Below, piece after piece: positions 30,447 to 39,933 of a DNA stretch of 64,000 bases. Position numbers and translations under genes: made by a program. The DNA lies in assembly GCA_964419945.1 (NCBI GenBank), contig CAYQRU010000002.1:23054-87053 (forward strand), read 5' to 3'. The stretch's first letter is position 1. Every line of letters begins with the position of its first letter. The notes below the pieces were generated by a model. It had not been told where the DNA came from and did not search any database. It saw only the letters and a program-made list of their open reading frames with translations. The stretch is from an uncultured Bacteroidales bacterium. Lineage in GTDB: Bacteria; Bacteroidota; Bacteroidia; Bacteroidales; JAAYJT01.

Positions 30447-31088
30447 ATGATCCGCATTAAAGTTTTCGTTTTCAATCCTTTCCGGGAAAACACCTATGTG
30501 CTGCACGACGACACCAGTGATTGTATAATTGTAGATCCCGGATGTTGTTCAGAAGAAGAAGAATCAGAGCTGATCTTTTACATCAAAGAAAATAAATTAA
30601 AACCGGTAGCGGTGATCAATACCCATACACACATTGATCATATTCTTGGTAATAACTTCATATACAATACTTATAACATCAAACCGGTCATTCATGAGGC
30701 CGGAGAAGGATTTTTAAAATCGGCACCTGAATACGGAACCGTATTTGGCCTGCAGGTGAATGAAATGATAATGCCTGAAAAGTATCTTGATGAGGGAGAT
30801 AAAATATATTTCGGGCATGCCTTTCTCGAAGTGCTGTATACTCCTGGTCATGCTGACGGATCAATATGTCTTGTGAGCCCTGAAAACAGATTTGTGATCA
30901 CGGGCGATGTTCTTTTTAACGGCAGCATAGGCCGTACTGACCTACCCACCGGCAATTTCGATCTTTTGTCCGATAGCATCACCCGGAAATTATATACCCT
31001 GCCCGATGATTATACCGTATTTCCCGGGCATGGTCCGGAAACTTCAATTGGTAACGAAAAAATGCAAAATCCTTATGTGATGGGCTGA
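30447..31088 (+). CDS. MBL-fold metallo-hydrolase (glyoxalase II-like)
   Basis: HTHIDH metal-binding motif, with downstream His and Asp ligands (PGHADGS, GHGPETS). Confidence 0.8.
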   Translation: MIRIKVFVFNPFRENTYVLHDDTSDCIIVDPGCCSEEEESELIFYIKENKLKPVAVINTHTHIDHILGNNFIYNTYNIKPVIHEAGEGFLKSAPEYGTVFGLQVNEMIMPEKYLDEGDKIYFGHAFLEVLYTPGHADGSICLVSPENRFVITGDVLFNGSIGRTDLPTGNFDLLSDSITRKLYTLPDDYTVFPGHGPETSIGNEKMQNPYVMG

Positions 31089-31190
31089 GATTGAACAGTT
31101 GTGATTTGTGAAAGGTGCTCATTGATTGGATTATTAACAATTGCTGCAGGTTGATTTACTCATGGATCTGCTTCAACATTTTGGATTTTC

Positions 31191-32192
31191 TCATAGGTTT
31201 TCTGTCATCATGCGATTGGCCAACCCGGCAATATGAGAAACATCAAGACGGTTCATGCAATCAAAATGTTTTCTGGGACACTTGTTAAATCCGATTTTAC
31301 TGCATGGACGGCATCGAATCTCCCTTACCTCAATAATGACTCTATTATTTTCTAATTTTTCAGGCAGATAGGGGTACATACCAAATTCAGGTACGGTATT
31401 TCCCCACAACGAGATGATTTTCTTTTTACAGGCAGCAGCTACATGCATCAGGCCTGTATCGTTTGTGATGACCAGGGAAGCTTCTCTCACCAGGGCGGCT
31501 GAACAGTTGATTGAGAATTTGCCGCAGGAATTAAACACCTTATCCGGCAAAGCCTCAGCGATTACTTCACCATTACTTGCATCCTCCTTACCCCCCAATA
31601 AAACAACAGGCTGGTTGAGCAATCTGCAAACCGCAATTACCTTATCAGTCGGAAAGATCTTGGTGTTATGCTTCCCACCGATTACAAAACCGATAAAACC
31701 TTTCTGATGAGAAGCTGGCAGCCATGACGGATCGAAACTGTCAGAGTCAGGGATAAAATAATCGAGACCCAATCCATCATTATGTACGTGAAATGATGAA
31801 ATTGCTTCGAAATAGCGATCAACAAGATGAATATCAGGAAGCCGGTTGATTTTCAAATGAACCAGCAACCATTTGCTTACATTCAGTTTAGGAAAGGTTT
31901 TTGAAGGGAGGCGCAAAATCACCTTTAGTAACCATGACCTAATGTTATTGTGGAGGTCAACAACAAAATCAAAATTTTCTGCTTGCAGCCTGTCAGCAAG
32001 CTCACTCAGGCTGTTTTCGAGGCAATGTATCTTTGAGAGGTAAGGATTTGCCTCAAGCACCGTGGCATATTGCTTCTTGGTGCAATAGTGAATTTCTGCG
32101 CCAGGTAAATATTTTTTCAGGCATCTGATCACAGCAGTAGTTAGAACGATATCGCCTATGGAACTGAATCTTATAACGAGTATTTTTTTCAA
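31191..32192 (-). CDS. Glycosyltransferase family 9 (LPS heptosyltransferase-like)
   Basis: N-terminus MKKILVIRFSSIGDIVLTTAVIRCLKK and a C-terminal GT-B domain with the GNDTGLMH motif typical of GT9. Confidence 0.8.
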   Translation of the reverse strand: MKKILVIRFSSIGDIVLTTAVIRCLKKYLPGAEIHYCTKKQYATVLEANPYLSKIHCLENSLSELADRLQAENFDFVVDLHNNIRSWLLKVILRLPSKTFPKLNVSKWLLVHLKINRLPDIHLVDRYFEAISSFHVHNDGLGLDYFIPDSDSFDPSWLPASHQKGFIGFVIGGKHNTKIFPTDKVIAVCRLLNQPVVLLGGKEDASNGEVIAEALPDKVFNSCGKFSINCSAALVREASLVITNDTGLMHVAAACKKKIISLWGNTVPEFGMYPYLPEKLENNRVIIEVREIRCRPCSKIGFNKCPRKHFDCMNRLDVSHIAGLANRMMTENL

Positions 32193-32237
32193 ACCAAAGA
32201 AAATATTAGACTTTATTCGTTAAAGTAGAAATTGACG

Positions 32238-33023
32238 TCAGGTTTTCCCTTCATTGTTCTTCGCCTGGTTCCAATAGGCATCCATTTCTTCAAGGGTCAT
32301 GTCTTTAAGTGATTTTCCCTGTTTGCGGGTTTCTTCTTCGAGATAAGTAAAACGGCGTATGAATTTTTTATTGGTTCTTTCCAGCGCATCCTCCGGATTC
32401 ACACGGATAAATCGCGCATAATTGACCAAAGCAAAGAGCAGGTCGCCAAATTCTTCTTCTTTCTTTTTCTCATCGTTGACTTCCAGTGCATTTTTTAATT
32501 CGCCTGCTTCTTCTATCACCTTGTCCCACACCTGTTGTGGTTCTTCCCAGTCAAAACCTACACCACGCGCTTTTTCCTGAATACGGTAGGCTTTAATCAT
32601 AGCTGGTAACGAAACAGGCACCCCACCAAGTACTGATCTGTTGCCTTCATGAAGTTTGATTCTCTCCCAGTTACTTTTAACCTGGTCAGCATTTTCCGCT
32701 ACCACATCACTATAAATATGTGGATGTCGTTGAATCAGTTTCTCATTGATTCCATCTATCACTTCTTTTATGGTGAAGGCTTTCTGCTCAGCGCCTATTT
32801 TGCTGTAGAACACTATATGTAATAACAGGTCTCCCAACTCTTTTTTGATATCACTCAAATTGTTCTCAAGAATAGCGTCAGAAAGCTCATAGGTTTCTTC
32901 AATAGTCAGGTATCGTAAGGATTCAAGAGTTTGGGCGCGATCCCAGGGGCATTTTGAGCGCAGGTCGTCCATGATCTCAAGGAGTCTTTGGAAAGATGCC
33001 AATGCCGGCGAAAATGTTGTCAT
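32238..33023 (-). CDS. mazG: Nucleoside triphosphate pyrophosphohydrolase
   Basis: Tandem MazG domains. The CPWDRAQTLESLRYLTIEETYEL and EExGDLLF motifs are present. Confidence 0.85.
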   Translation of the reverse strand: MTTFSPALASFQRLLEIMDDLRSKCPWDRAQTLESLRYLTIEETYELSDAILENNLSDIKKELGDLLLHIVFYSKIGAEQKAFTIKEVIDGINEKLIQRHPHIYSDVVAENADQVKSNWERIKLHEGNRSVLGGVPVSLPAMIKAYRIQEKARGVGFDWEEPQQVWDKVIEEAGELKNALEVNDEKKKEEEFGDLLFALVNYARFIRVNPEDALERTNKKFIRRFTYLEEETRKQGKSLKDMTLEEMDAYWNQAKNNEGKT

Positions 33024-33217
33024 CTGTTAAATTTTAGATATAGCAGGCGGTATCAGGAACAACGTGATGAATTCCAAAAGATGATAATTATTTAACAAAA
33101 CATTAAATAACAATATGTTATAAACAAATAACAATCTCTATATATTGAAAAATTCAACAACTCAAATTACCCATTCTTTCGTCTGCGGTAAAGCATTTAA
33201 GTCCTTTAATCCCTTCC

Positions 33218-34693
33218 CTAATAGGCTCGCGCAAAAATCACCCGTTTATGCGATGGCTTACCTGAAAACACACATTTTCCCTTTTCAGGTTTAGCGTCCA
33301 ATGGTATGACCCGGATGGTGGCCTTGGTCTCTTCTTTGATTTGCTGCTCGGTTTCTGGCGAACCATCCCAGTGAGCCGAAATAAATCCCGCCTTATTCTC
33401 AATCACGTCACAGAATTCTTCCCATGTATCAACTTGCTGGGTATTATTTTCTTTGAAAGCAAGTGCTTTCTGGAAAAGATTTTTTTGAATATTGTCCAAT
33501 AAATTCAGTACCTTGTTTTCAATATCAGTGATTTGATATACAGCTTTTTCAAGGGTATCACGCCGGGCAACTTCAACTGTATCGTTTTCAAGGTCACGGG
33601 GACCTATGGCCAGGCGCACCGGAACACCTTTGAATTCATATTCGTTGAATTTCCATCCTGGCTTGAATGTATCCCTGTCGTCGTATTTCACCGTAATACC
33701 TTTGGTTTCAAGCGCAGCTTTTATTTGAAAAGCTTTTTCAGAGATCATCTCAAGTTGATTTGGAACTTTGTAGATGGGAACAATAACGACCTGCAGGGGA
33801 GCAAGTTTTGGAGGCAAAACAAGTCCGTGGTCATCGCTGTGAGCCATAATTAAACCACCAACAAGCCGGGTAGAAACGCCCCATGAAGTAGCCCAAACAT
33901 AATCGAGTTGATTTGCCTGGTTTAAGAATTTCACATCAAATGCCCTGGCAAAATTCTGCCCCAGAAAATGAGAAGTGCCTGCCTGTAAAGCTTTCCCGTC
34001 CTGCATAAGCGCCTCAATACAATATGTTTCGAGTGCTCCTGCAAAACGCTCGTTGGGAGATTTAAAACCTTTCATAACCGGCAGAGCCATCCAGTTTTCA
34101 GCAAAATCTGCATAAACATTCAACATGCGTTCGGTTTCTTCAATGGCTTCCTTTTTGGTAGCATGCGCCGTATGACCTTCCTGCCACAAGAATTCAGCTG
34201 TTCGTAAAAACAAACGGGTTCGCATCTCCCAGCGCACAACGTTGGCCCATTGATTGATAAGTAAAGGCAGATCGCGGTATGATTGAATCCAGTTACGGTA
34301 GGTATCCCAGATGATGGTCTCTGAAGTGGGGCGAATAATCAGCTCTTCCTCAAGTTTTGCATCTTCGTCAACTACAACGCCCTTCCCATCAGGGGAACTT
34401 TTCAGGCGATAATGAGTTACAACAGCACACTCCTTGGCAAATCCTTCCACATGGCTTGCTTCACGACTGAAAAAGGATTTGGGTATAAAGATCGGGAAAT
34501 ATGCATTGACATGTCCGGTCTTCTTAAACATCTCATCCAGCGCAGACTGCATTTTTTCCCAGATTGCGTAACCATAAGGTTTAATTACCATACATCCGCG
34601 AACTGCTGAATTTTCAGCTAAATCAGCCTTGATAACCAGGTCGTTGTACCATTGAGCATAATTTTCTGCCCTTGAAGGAAAATCTTTCGCCAT
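33218..34693 (-). CDS. proS: Proline--tRNA ligase (archaeal/eukaryote-like class IIa form)
   Basis: About 490 aa with class II motifs and a C-terminal zinc-binding extension. The [27 protein letters not shown]-terminus is typical of Bacteroidota ProRS. Confidence 0.9.
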   Translation of the reverse strand: MAKDFPSRAENYAQWYNDLVIKADLAENSAVRGCMVIKPYGYAIWEKMQSALDEMFKKTGHVNAYFPIFIPKSFFSREASHVEGFAKECAVVTHYRLKSSPDGKGVVVDEDAKLEEELIIRPTSETIIWDTYRNWIQSYRDLPLLINQWANVVRWEMRTRLFLRTAEFLWQEGHTAHATKKEAIEETERMLNVYADFAENWMALPVMKGFKSPNERFAGALETYCIEALMQDGKALQAGTSHFLGQNFARAFDVKFLNQANQLDYVWATSWGVSTRLVGGLIMAHSDDHGLVLPPKLAPLQVVIVPIYKVPNQLEMISEKAFQIKAALETKGITVKYDDRDTFKPGWKFNEYEFKGVPVRLAIGPRDLENDTVEVARRDTLEKAVYQITDIENKVLNLLDNIQKNLFQKALAFKENNTQQVDTWEEFCDVIENKAGFISAHWDGSPETEQQIKEETKATIRVIPLDAKPEKGKCVFSGKPSHKRVIFARAY

Positions 34694-34825
34694 TTGTTAC
34701 TGTTGTGGTATGAATATTGTGTTCTTTTTTAGTCCTTAATTATTAGGGCGGCAAAATTAACAAATAATACAGCCATGAAATCAAGATATATACAAAATAA
34801 CTTATTTATCAAGGAGGGCAAAACC

Positions 34826-36742
34826 ATGAAACCCATTTCAGTTCTAAGCCTTTTTGCAGTGATTCTGCTGGCATCCTGCAGTTCAACAAGGCCAGTTTCA
34901 ACAGCTTACGATGATGTTTATTTCTCACCGAAAGATCCAGTGGTGGTTGTTAAGGAAGTAGTAGTAACCACACCATCAGTCCAGCAACAGGTAACAGAGC
35001 CTGAACCCTATGAAGTACCACCCCAATCAGCCCCTCAGGAAGAAACCTATTACAGCGACCCAGGGTATGATAATTCATACGCACAAACTGAGTATTACAC
35101 TGATCCTCAGGGTGGTACAGTAATCAACAACAATTATTACGGTGATTATTACGATTACTCATATGCTGCAAGGATCAAAAGGTTCCACAGGCCTTATGGA
35201 TTCGATTCCTATTATCACGATTACTTCACCAATATGTATTGGTATAATTACGATCCTTTTTATTGGGGAACAAGCATTTATATAGGTTATAACTGGTTTC
35301 CCTCCAATTCTTTTTATTTTGGATGGGGATGGCCCAGCAGAACATACTGGTCAGTATGGTATGATCCATATTTTATGTATGGTTTTGGTTACCCGCATTA
35401 TTATTACGGATGGAATAGCTATTCATACTGGAGTGGTTACAATCATGGCTACTGGAATGGATACTGGGATGGTTACAGCGGATACCCTTATTACGGCGGT
35501 GGATGGTATAGCAACAGCTACGACCAGAACTCCTATTATTATGGTCCAAGAACTTCGTTTGCAGGTAATACCGGAACAAGTGCTTCCGGAAGAAGTGGAA
35601 GGCCCATTTCCGGTGGAGGCAACGAAAAATCTCTTGGTGAAGTTGCCACACATCGAGGCTCTGTAGCTACTGACCGCACTGCAAGGCCGGAAATCAATGG
35701 TGAGGCATCCCGTGGAAACAGACCGGTGGACCATGAAACAAGCCGGACTGCTTCTGAAACTCAAAGGGGTGAAACCCGCACGTCCGCACAAGGTTCAAAC
35801 TTTCCCTCAACAAGAGATGTAAGCGCAGGACGTGAGACCCAGAGACCTGTGAATTCAGAAGGACAAAGACCTACGTATGATCGCCCCGGCACTGAAAGGC
35901 CAACCAGCAACCAGACAGGACGCAGTACTGATCCTAACCAGCGTAATTATCAGTACATCCGCGAAAGTGGACGTGAAACGCAAACCTATCAACGTCCATC
36001 CTCACAGTCACCTCAGAAAGACCAGGTACAAAGACAGCCCCAACCATATTCTTCACCGCGGTATACAAAACCTAAAACCAGTGAGGAATTTACAAGCCCA
36101 GCATACAGGGGACCAAGAGAAGTAGCGCGTCCAACTGAAAGTACTACACCGCAGGGAAAGGAAATTACACCAGCCCCACAAAGATCCGAACAACCGCAAG
36201 CCACCCCAGGTCGTGAACCTCAGAGACAGCCAAATCAGCAGGTTACTCCAGGTCGCGAACCACAGAGACAGCCAAACCAGCAGGTTACCCCAGGTCGTGA
36301 ACCTCAGAGACAGTCAAATCAGCAGGTTACCCCAGGTCGTGAACCTCAGAGACAGCCAGGTCAGCAGGTTACTCCAGGTCGCGAACCACAGAGACAGCCA
36401 AACCAGCAGGTTACTCCAGGCCGTGAGCCACAAAAACAACCTAATCAGCAAATGACGCCCAGCCGTCAATCCGAAAGCCAGCCACGGTACGAAGCTCCTT
36501 CAAGACCAAGCGAAAACCGGTCATCAGCACCTCAGAGAAGTATTCAATCTCAACCTTCACGTTCTTCAGGGTCAAGTTATTCGGCTCCTGCCAGGAGCAG
36601 TAGTCCGGCTTCATCAGGTTCGTCGGGTTCTGGTTATTCGGCTCCATCCCGCTCAGGGGGAAGTAGTTCTCACTCATCAGGCTCGTCAGGAAGTTCTTCT
36701 TCAGGTTCTTCCAGATCATCATCGGGAAGAGGTAACAAATAA
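34826..36742 (+). CDS. Highly unusual low-complexity lipoprotein (lipobox LLASC). It has a ~150-aa Tyr/Trp/Gly/Asn-rich aromatic domain, then an Arg/Thr/Gln/Pro/Ser/Glu-rich disordered region containing 6 tandem 14-aa repeats (TPGREPQRQPNQQV), then a Ser/Gly-rich C-terminal tail.
   Basis: Read directly from the translation. There are no recognisable enzymatic motifs. Codon periodicity is retained throughout the 655-aa ORF. The start was set at MKPISVLSLFAVILLASCSS. Confidence 0.7.
   Translation: MKPISVLSLFAVILLASCSSTRPVSTAYDDVYFSPKDPVVVVKEVVVTTPSVQQQVTEPEPYEVPPQSAPQEETYYSDPGYDNSYAQTEYYTDPQGGTVINNNYYGDYYDYSYAARIKRFHRPYGFDSYYHDYFTNMYWYNYDPFYWGTSIYIGYNWFPSNSFYFGWGWPSRTYWSVWYDPYFMYGFGYPHYYYGWNSYSYWSGYNHGYWNGYWDGYSGYPYYGGGWYSNSYDQNSYYYGPRTSFAGNTGTSASGRSGRPISGGGNEKSLGEVATHRGSVATDRTARPEINGEASRGNRPVDHETSRTASETQRGETRTSAQGSNFPSTRDVSAGRETQRPVNSEGQRPTYDRPGTERPTSNQTGRSTDPNQRNYQYIRESGRETQTYQRPSSQSPQKDQVQRQPQPYSSPRYTKPKTSEEFTSPAYRGPREVARPTESTTPQGKEITPAPQRSEQPQATPGREPQRQPNQQVTPGREPQRQPNQQVTPGREPQRQSNQQVTPGREPQRQPGQQVTPGREPQRQPNQQVTPGREPQKQPNQQMTPSRQSESQPRYEAPSRPSENRSSAPQRSIQSQPSRSSGSSYSAPARSSSPASSGSSGSGYSAPSRSGGSSSHSSGSSGSSSSGSSRSSSGRGNK
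36206..36457 (+). repeat. Six tandem copies of a 42-bp repeat within the CDS (CCAGGTCG[T/C]GAACC[T/A]CAGAGACAGCCAAA[T/C]CAGCAGGTTAC[T/C]); two alternating subtypes; the last copy is degenerate
   Basis: Seen directly. Copies start at about 36206, 36248, 36290, 36332, 36374 and 36416. Confidence 0.9.
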
Positions 36743-36779
36743 GTCATCTTAGTTTATAACAACCTTAGAAATTTGAAAT

Positions 36780-38252
36780 ATGAAACCGCGATTGTTTTCA
36801 ACAGTGGCTCTCTCTCTGCTATCACTAATCCTTTTTTCTCAGAATCAGGAGGATGCCTTGCGCTACGCAAGAACCTCAGCCATTGGCAGCGCAAGATATA
36901 TGGCTATGGGGGGGGCTTATGGTTCGATCGGCGCTGATTTTTCAGCAATAGGTGTGAATCCGGCCGGTATTGGGATGTTTCGCAAATCGGAATTCACTTT
37001 TACACCACTCATTACTTTTGCAAATACTGAAGCCAGCTATTTTGGCGAACTTTACGATGACAACAAATACAATCTTGGGTTAAGCAACCTTGGCTTTGTT
37101 TATTCTGCCGATCTTTCAAAAAGAAGCCAGGAATCCGGCTGGAAAAAAATCCAGTTTGGTTTTGGGTACAACCGCATCAATAATTTCAACAACCGCACTT
37201 TTATTCAGGGATATAACGAAAACAGTTCCCTGTTGTCAAATTATGTACACCTGGCAGATTATACCGAGCCTGAAAACCTTGATCCATTTTCAACTAAACT
37301 TGCTTACGACAGTTGGTTGATTTGGGAAGATTCAAACCTTGTATACTACAACGATGCCTACTGGGGTAATGTAATGCAGTCAGAAAAAATAATCACCAAT
37401 GGTTCAATGAGCGAACTGCTTTTCAGTATTGGATCGAATTTTAATGATGTGTTTTATCTCGGTGCTACCATTGGAGTGCCAATGATACGTTATAATTATG
37501 AATCGGTTTACAGCGAAACAGATACAGAGAACAATTATGCTGAATTTGTCACAATGTCGCGTCGTGAAACCCTTGAAGCACGTGGTACGGGGCTGAATCT
37601 GAAACTTGGTGCCATTGTCAGGGCAACAGAATGGTTGCGTTTGGGAGCTGCTTATCATACGCCGACCTACTACTCAAATATGGAAGATAAATGGCGCGTA
37701 AGTATGAATTCTGAATTATTTTTAGATAATCAGATTGAAAAAAAATCAGCCGAGTCTCCCCGGGGAAGGTTCGAATATGAATTAACCACCCCCATGAAAG
37801 CTATTGGCAGCGCTACTTTTCTATTTGGTAAATCGGGGCTTGTTTCTGCTGAATATGAATTTGCAGATTATTCTGAAACCAGACTCAACTCGTCAGACTA
37901 TAAATTCGTTGGTGAAAACAACTCTATCCGCGATGATTATACAGCAGCACATAACTTCAGGTTTGGAACCGAATGGAGGTTAAACGATATTTATTTCAGG
38001 GGGGGCTATGCGATATTTGGCAGTCCTTATAAATCGGGTATCAATGATGGAAAGGGTACACAAACGTCCCTCGGGCTGGGTTTCAGGCAACAGGATTATT
38101 ATATTGATTTTGCATGGGTCAACAATACGCTTAAAGAGAATCGTTATATGTATGAAGTGCCATCACAGCCTGAATTAGAATTCGTTACACCGGTTGCCAA
38201 ACAAACTTTCAGCCGGCAAATGTACATGCTTACACTGGGATGGAGATTCTGA
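36780..38252 (+). CDS. FadL/OmpP1/TodX-family outer-membrane beta-barrel protein (PorV-like architecture), 490 aa with signal peptide
   Basis: After the signal peptide, ALRYARTSAIGSARYMAMGGAYGSIGADFSAIGVNPAG matches the conserved FadL-family N-terminal hatch motif (compare E. coli FadL [23 protein letters not shown]). The C-terminus ends LGWRF. It starts 37 nt after the preceding lipoprotein gene. Confidence 0.7.
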   Translation: MKPRLFSTVALSLLSLILFSQNQEDALRYARTSAIGSARYMAMGGAYGSIGADFSAIGVNPAGIGMFRKSEFTFTPLITFANTEASYFGELYDDNKYNLGLSNLGFVYSADLSKRSQESGWKKIQFGFGYNRINNFNNRTFIQGYNENSSLLSNYVHLADYTEPENLDPFSTKLAYDSWLIWEDSNLVYYNDAYWGNVMQSEKIITNGSMSELLFSIGSNFNDVFYLGATIGVPMIRYNYESVYSETDTENNYAEFVTMSRRETLEARGTGLNLKLGAIVRATEWLRLGAAYHTPTYYSNMEDKWRVSMNSELFLDNQIEKKSAESPRGRFEYELTTPMKAIGSATFLFGKSGLVSAEYEFADYSETRLNSSDYKFVGENNSIRDDYTAAHNFRFGTEWRLNDIYFRGGYAIFGSPYKSGINDGKGTQTSLGLGFRQQDYYIDFAWVNNTLKENRYMYEVPSQPELEFVTPVAKQTFSRQMYMLTLGWRF

Positions 38253-38287
38253 TTATTTTTTTTAATATATTCCTTTTGCAGGGCCAC

Positions 38288-38320
38288 GCCGGTTGATTCA
38301 CTTCAACCGGCTGTTTTTTT
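38288..38320 (+). terminator. Rho-independent terminator after the FadL-like gene (GCCGGTTGA-loop-TCAACCGGC followed by TGTTTTTTT). The hairpin overlaps the last codons of the convergent minus-strand gene.
   Basis: A 9-bp stem with a T-run, seen directly. Confidence 0.65.
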
Positions 38321-39845
38321 CTGAAACACGGGTTAACCCGGTTTTTGCCTTTTGATGAATACTGGTTTGGTATTCATTAAAACGCAATTTCAGGCAAAGA
38401 TCATAATAATGAGCAGCCTGCTCATAATTTCCCATCGTTTCGTAAATCAAACCCAGTTGTAACGCCGAATTCCCGGCATAATAATAAGGTAACCCACTGC
38501 CGGTTTCAATGGTTTTTGCATAGCTTTCAATAGCTGGCTGAATTTTTCCCCATCCATGAAAGATTCTTGCCTTCCGGTAAATATACTCCAAAGAATCTTT
38601 GTTGGATGACAGATCGTAAGGCGACAGATTTCTTTCCAGTGTATCTAAAGCAGCTTCAAAATATCCACCGTCGAAAAGCAGCCTTGCCTTAAGCAATCTC
38701 ACGTTGGGTATGCGATTTGACAAGGCCTCCGTCTGAGCTTGTTTGTCTTCATCGGTAATGGCCTGACCGTGGGCAACTATTTGCGAAATATAAAACCGGT
38801 AAGCATTTTGATCGCCATGAATGAGTGAATGCCATGCCAGACGTTGGTAAGCACTCTTTATATAGTTTGAGCCATGGTAACGGTTCACAAAATTTAACAG
38901 ATGCTTTGCAGCATTGTTATCCAAACGGTTTAACCTGGCACTTCCGAGCACAAACTCGAGATAATAAAAAGGGTATGAGCCATTATAGAGATCACATTTT
39001 CCGATGATTTCAATTACCTGATCGTTTCTTTTGATATGCCTGTTAAGGTTAGCCTTAATATAACAAAGAAGGGGTCCGGAAACCAGGTTTTCTGTTGTTT
39101 CAATGTTTTGCAGTAACAAGCCAACAGCACTTTGATCGTTATGCAGGTTTATTTCAATGAATGACAGATAAAAGAAAGCTTCCGGCCTGAGATGGCTCCA
39201 GGATGAATTTTTTTCAGCAATCCGGATTAGTTTATACAGTTCGGTGCGTCCTCTGTCAATGTTACCATCCATTCCTGCTAATCTGATTGCCCATCTGTAA
39301 GTATCTGGAATACTGCCGATCAGCACATTCATAATGCCATTCAACAGCATATCAGGCACGAAACCCGGGTGTGCTATCCTGTTTTCATTAAGCAGCCGGT
39401 ATGCACGGTTCAGATCCAGGCCAGCCATCATATATTCCCCGAACTTTACCCTGCAAAAGGCCCATTGCAGATAAATGGTAGCCAAAGAATGCCTGTGCCA
39501 GGGCGAAGATGATGCACCTGATTGTAAAAGCTCAATACGCTCAGACCGGTGAGGTAATAATTGTCCAAAATCTGTTTTATCTTCACCAATACTCAATGTC
39601 AGAAAGTCAATGTAGTTTTCAAGAAGCAAGGGGATCTTATTCGCTGGATTAAGTGCTTTTTCCTGGTTCAAAATCTCCCTGCCTGTATTGAAATTCAGGG
39701 AAATGATTTCATTATACGCATTGATGCAATTTTGGTTAAAGTCATATTGAGAAAAAGATGATAAAGAAAGTGTTAATAGTACCAGGGGGAACAGGACTTT
39801 CCTGAAAGAGAGAAAGAAAAAATATTTTGAAACAAAATTTCTCAA
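38298..39845 (-). CDS. Secreted helical/TPR-like protein of unknown function (515 aa, signal peptide)
   Basis: N-terminal hydrophobic signal LFPLVLLTLSLSSFSQ. Helical repeats are rich in Y/L/A/N. No catalytic motif was recognised. Confidence 0.55.
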   Translation of the reverse strand: MRNFVSKYFFFLSFRKVLFPLVLLTLSLSSFSQYDFNQNCINAYNEIISLNFNTGREILNQEKALNPANKIPLLLENYIDFLTLSIGEDKTDFGQLLPHRSERIELLQSGASSSPWHRHSLATIYLQWAFCRVKFGEYMMAGLDLNRAYRLLNENRIAHPGFVPDMLLNGIMNVLIGSIPDTYRWAIRLAGMDGNIDRGRTELYKLIRIAEKNSSWSHLRPEAFFYLSFIEINLHNDQSAVGLLLQNIETTENLVSGPLLCYIKANLNRHIKRNDQVIEIIGKCDLYNGSYPFYYLEFVLGSARLNRLDNNAAKHLLNFVNRYHGSNYIKSAYQRLAWHSLIHGDQNAYRFYISQIVAHGQAITDEDKQAQTEALSNRIPNVRLLKARLLFDGGYFEAALDTLERNLSPYDLSSNKDSLEYIYRKARIFHGWGKIQPAIESYAKTIETGSGLPYYYAGNSALQLGLIYETMGNYEQAAHYYDLCLKLRFNEYQTSIHQKAKTGLTRVSEKNSRLK

Positions 39846-39933
39846 GAATATTGATGCTGCAGTTTATAACTATTACTCATAAAAAAAAGAGCCTCAAAGT
39901 GGGAGGCTCAATATACTACTTTTCTTAGGATTG

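Noticed and set aside
35319-36204. Alternative-frame ORFs (35319..35666 +, 35373..35651 -, 35423..35791 -, 36013..36204 -) within the low-complexity lipoprotein gene
   Set aside because: The lipoprotein frame is continuous from a lipobox signal peptide to the stop. It also explains the 42-bp repeat periodicity. The alternative frames come from biased composition.
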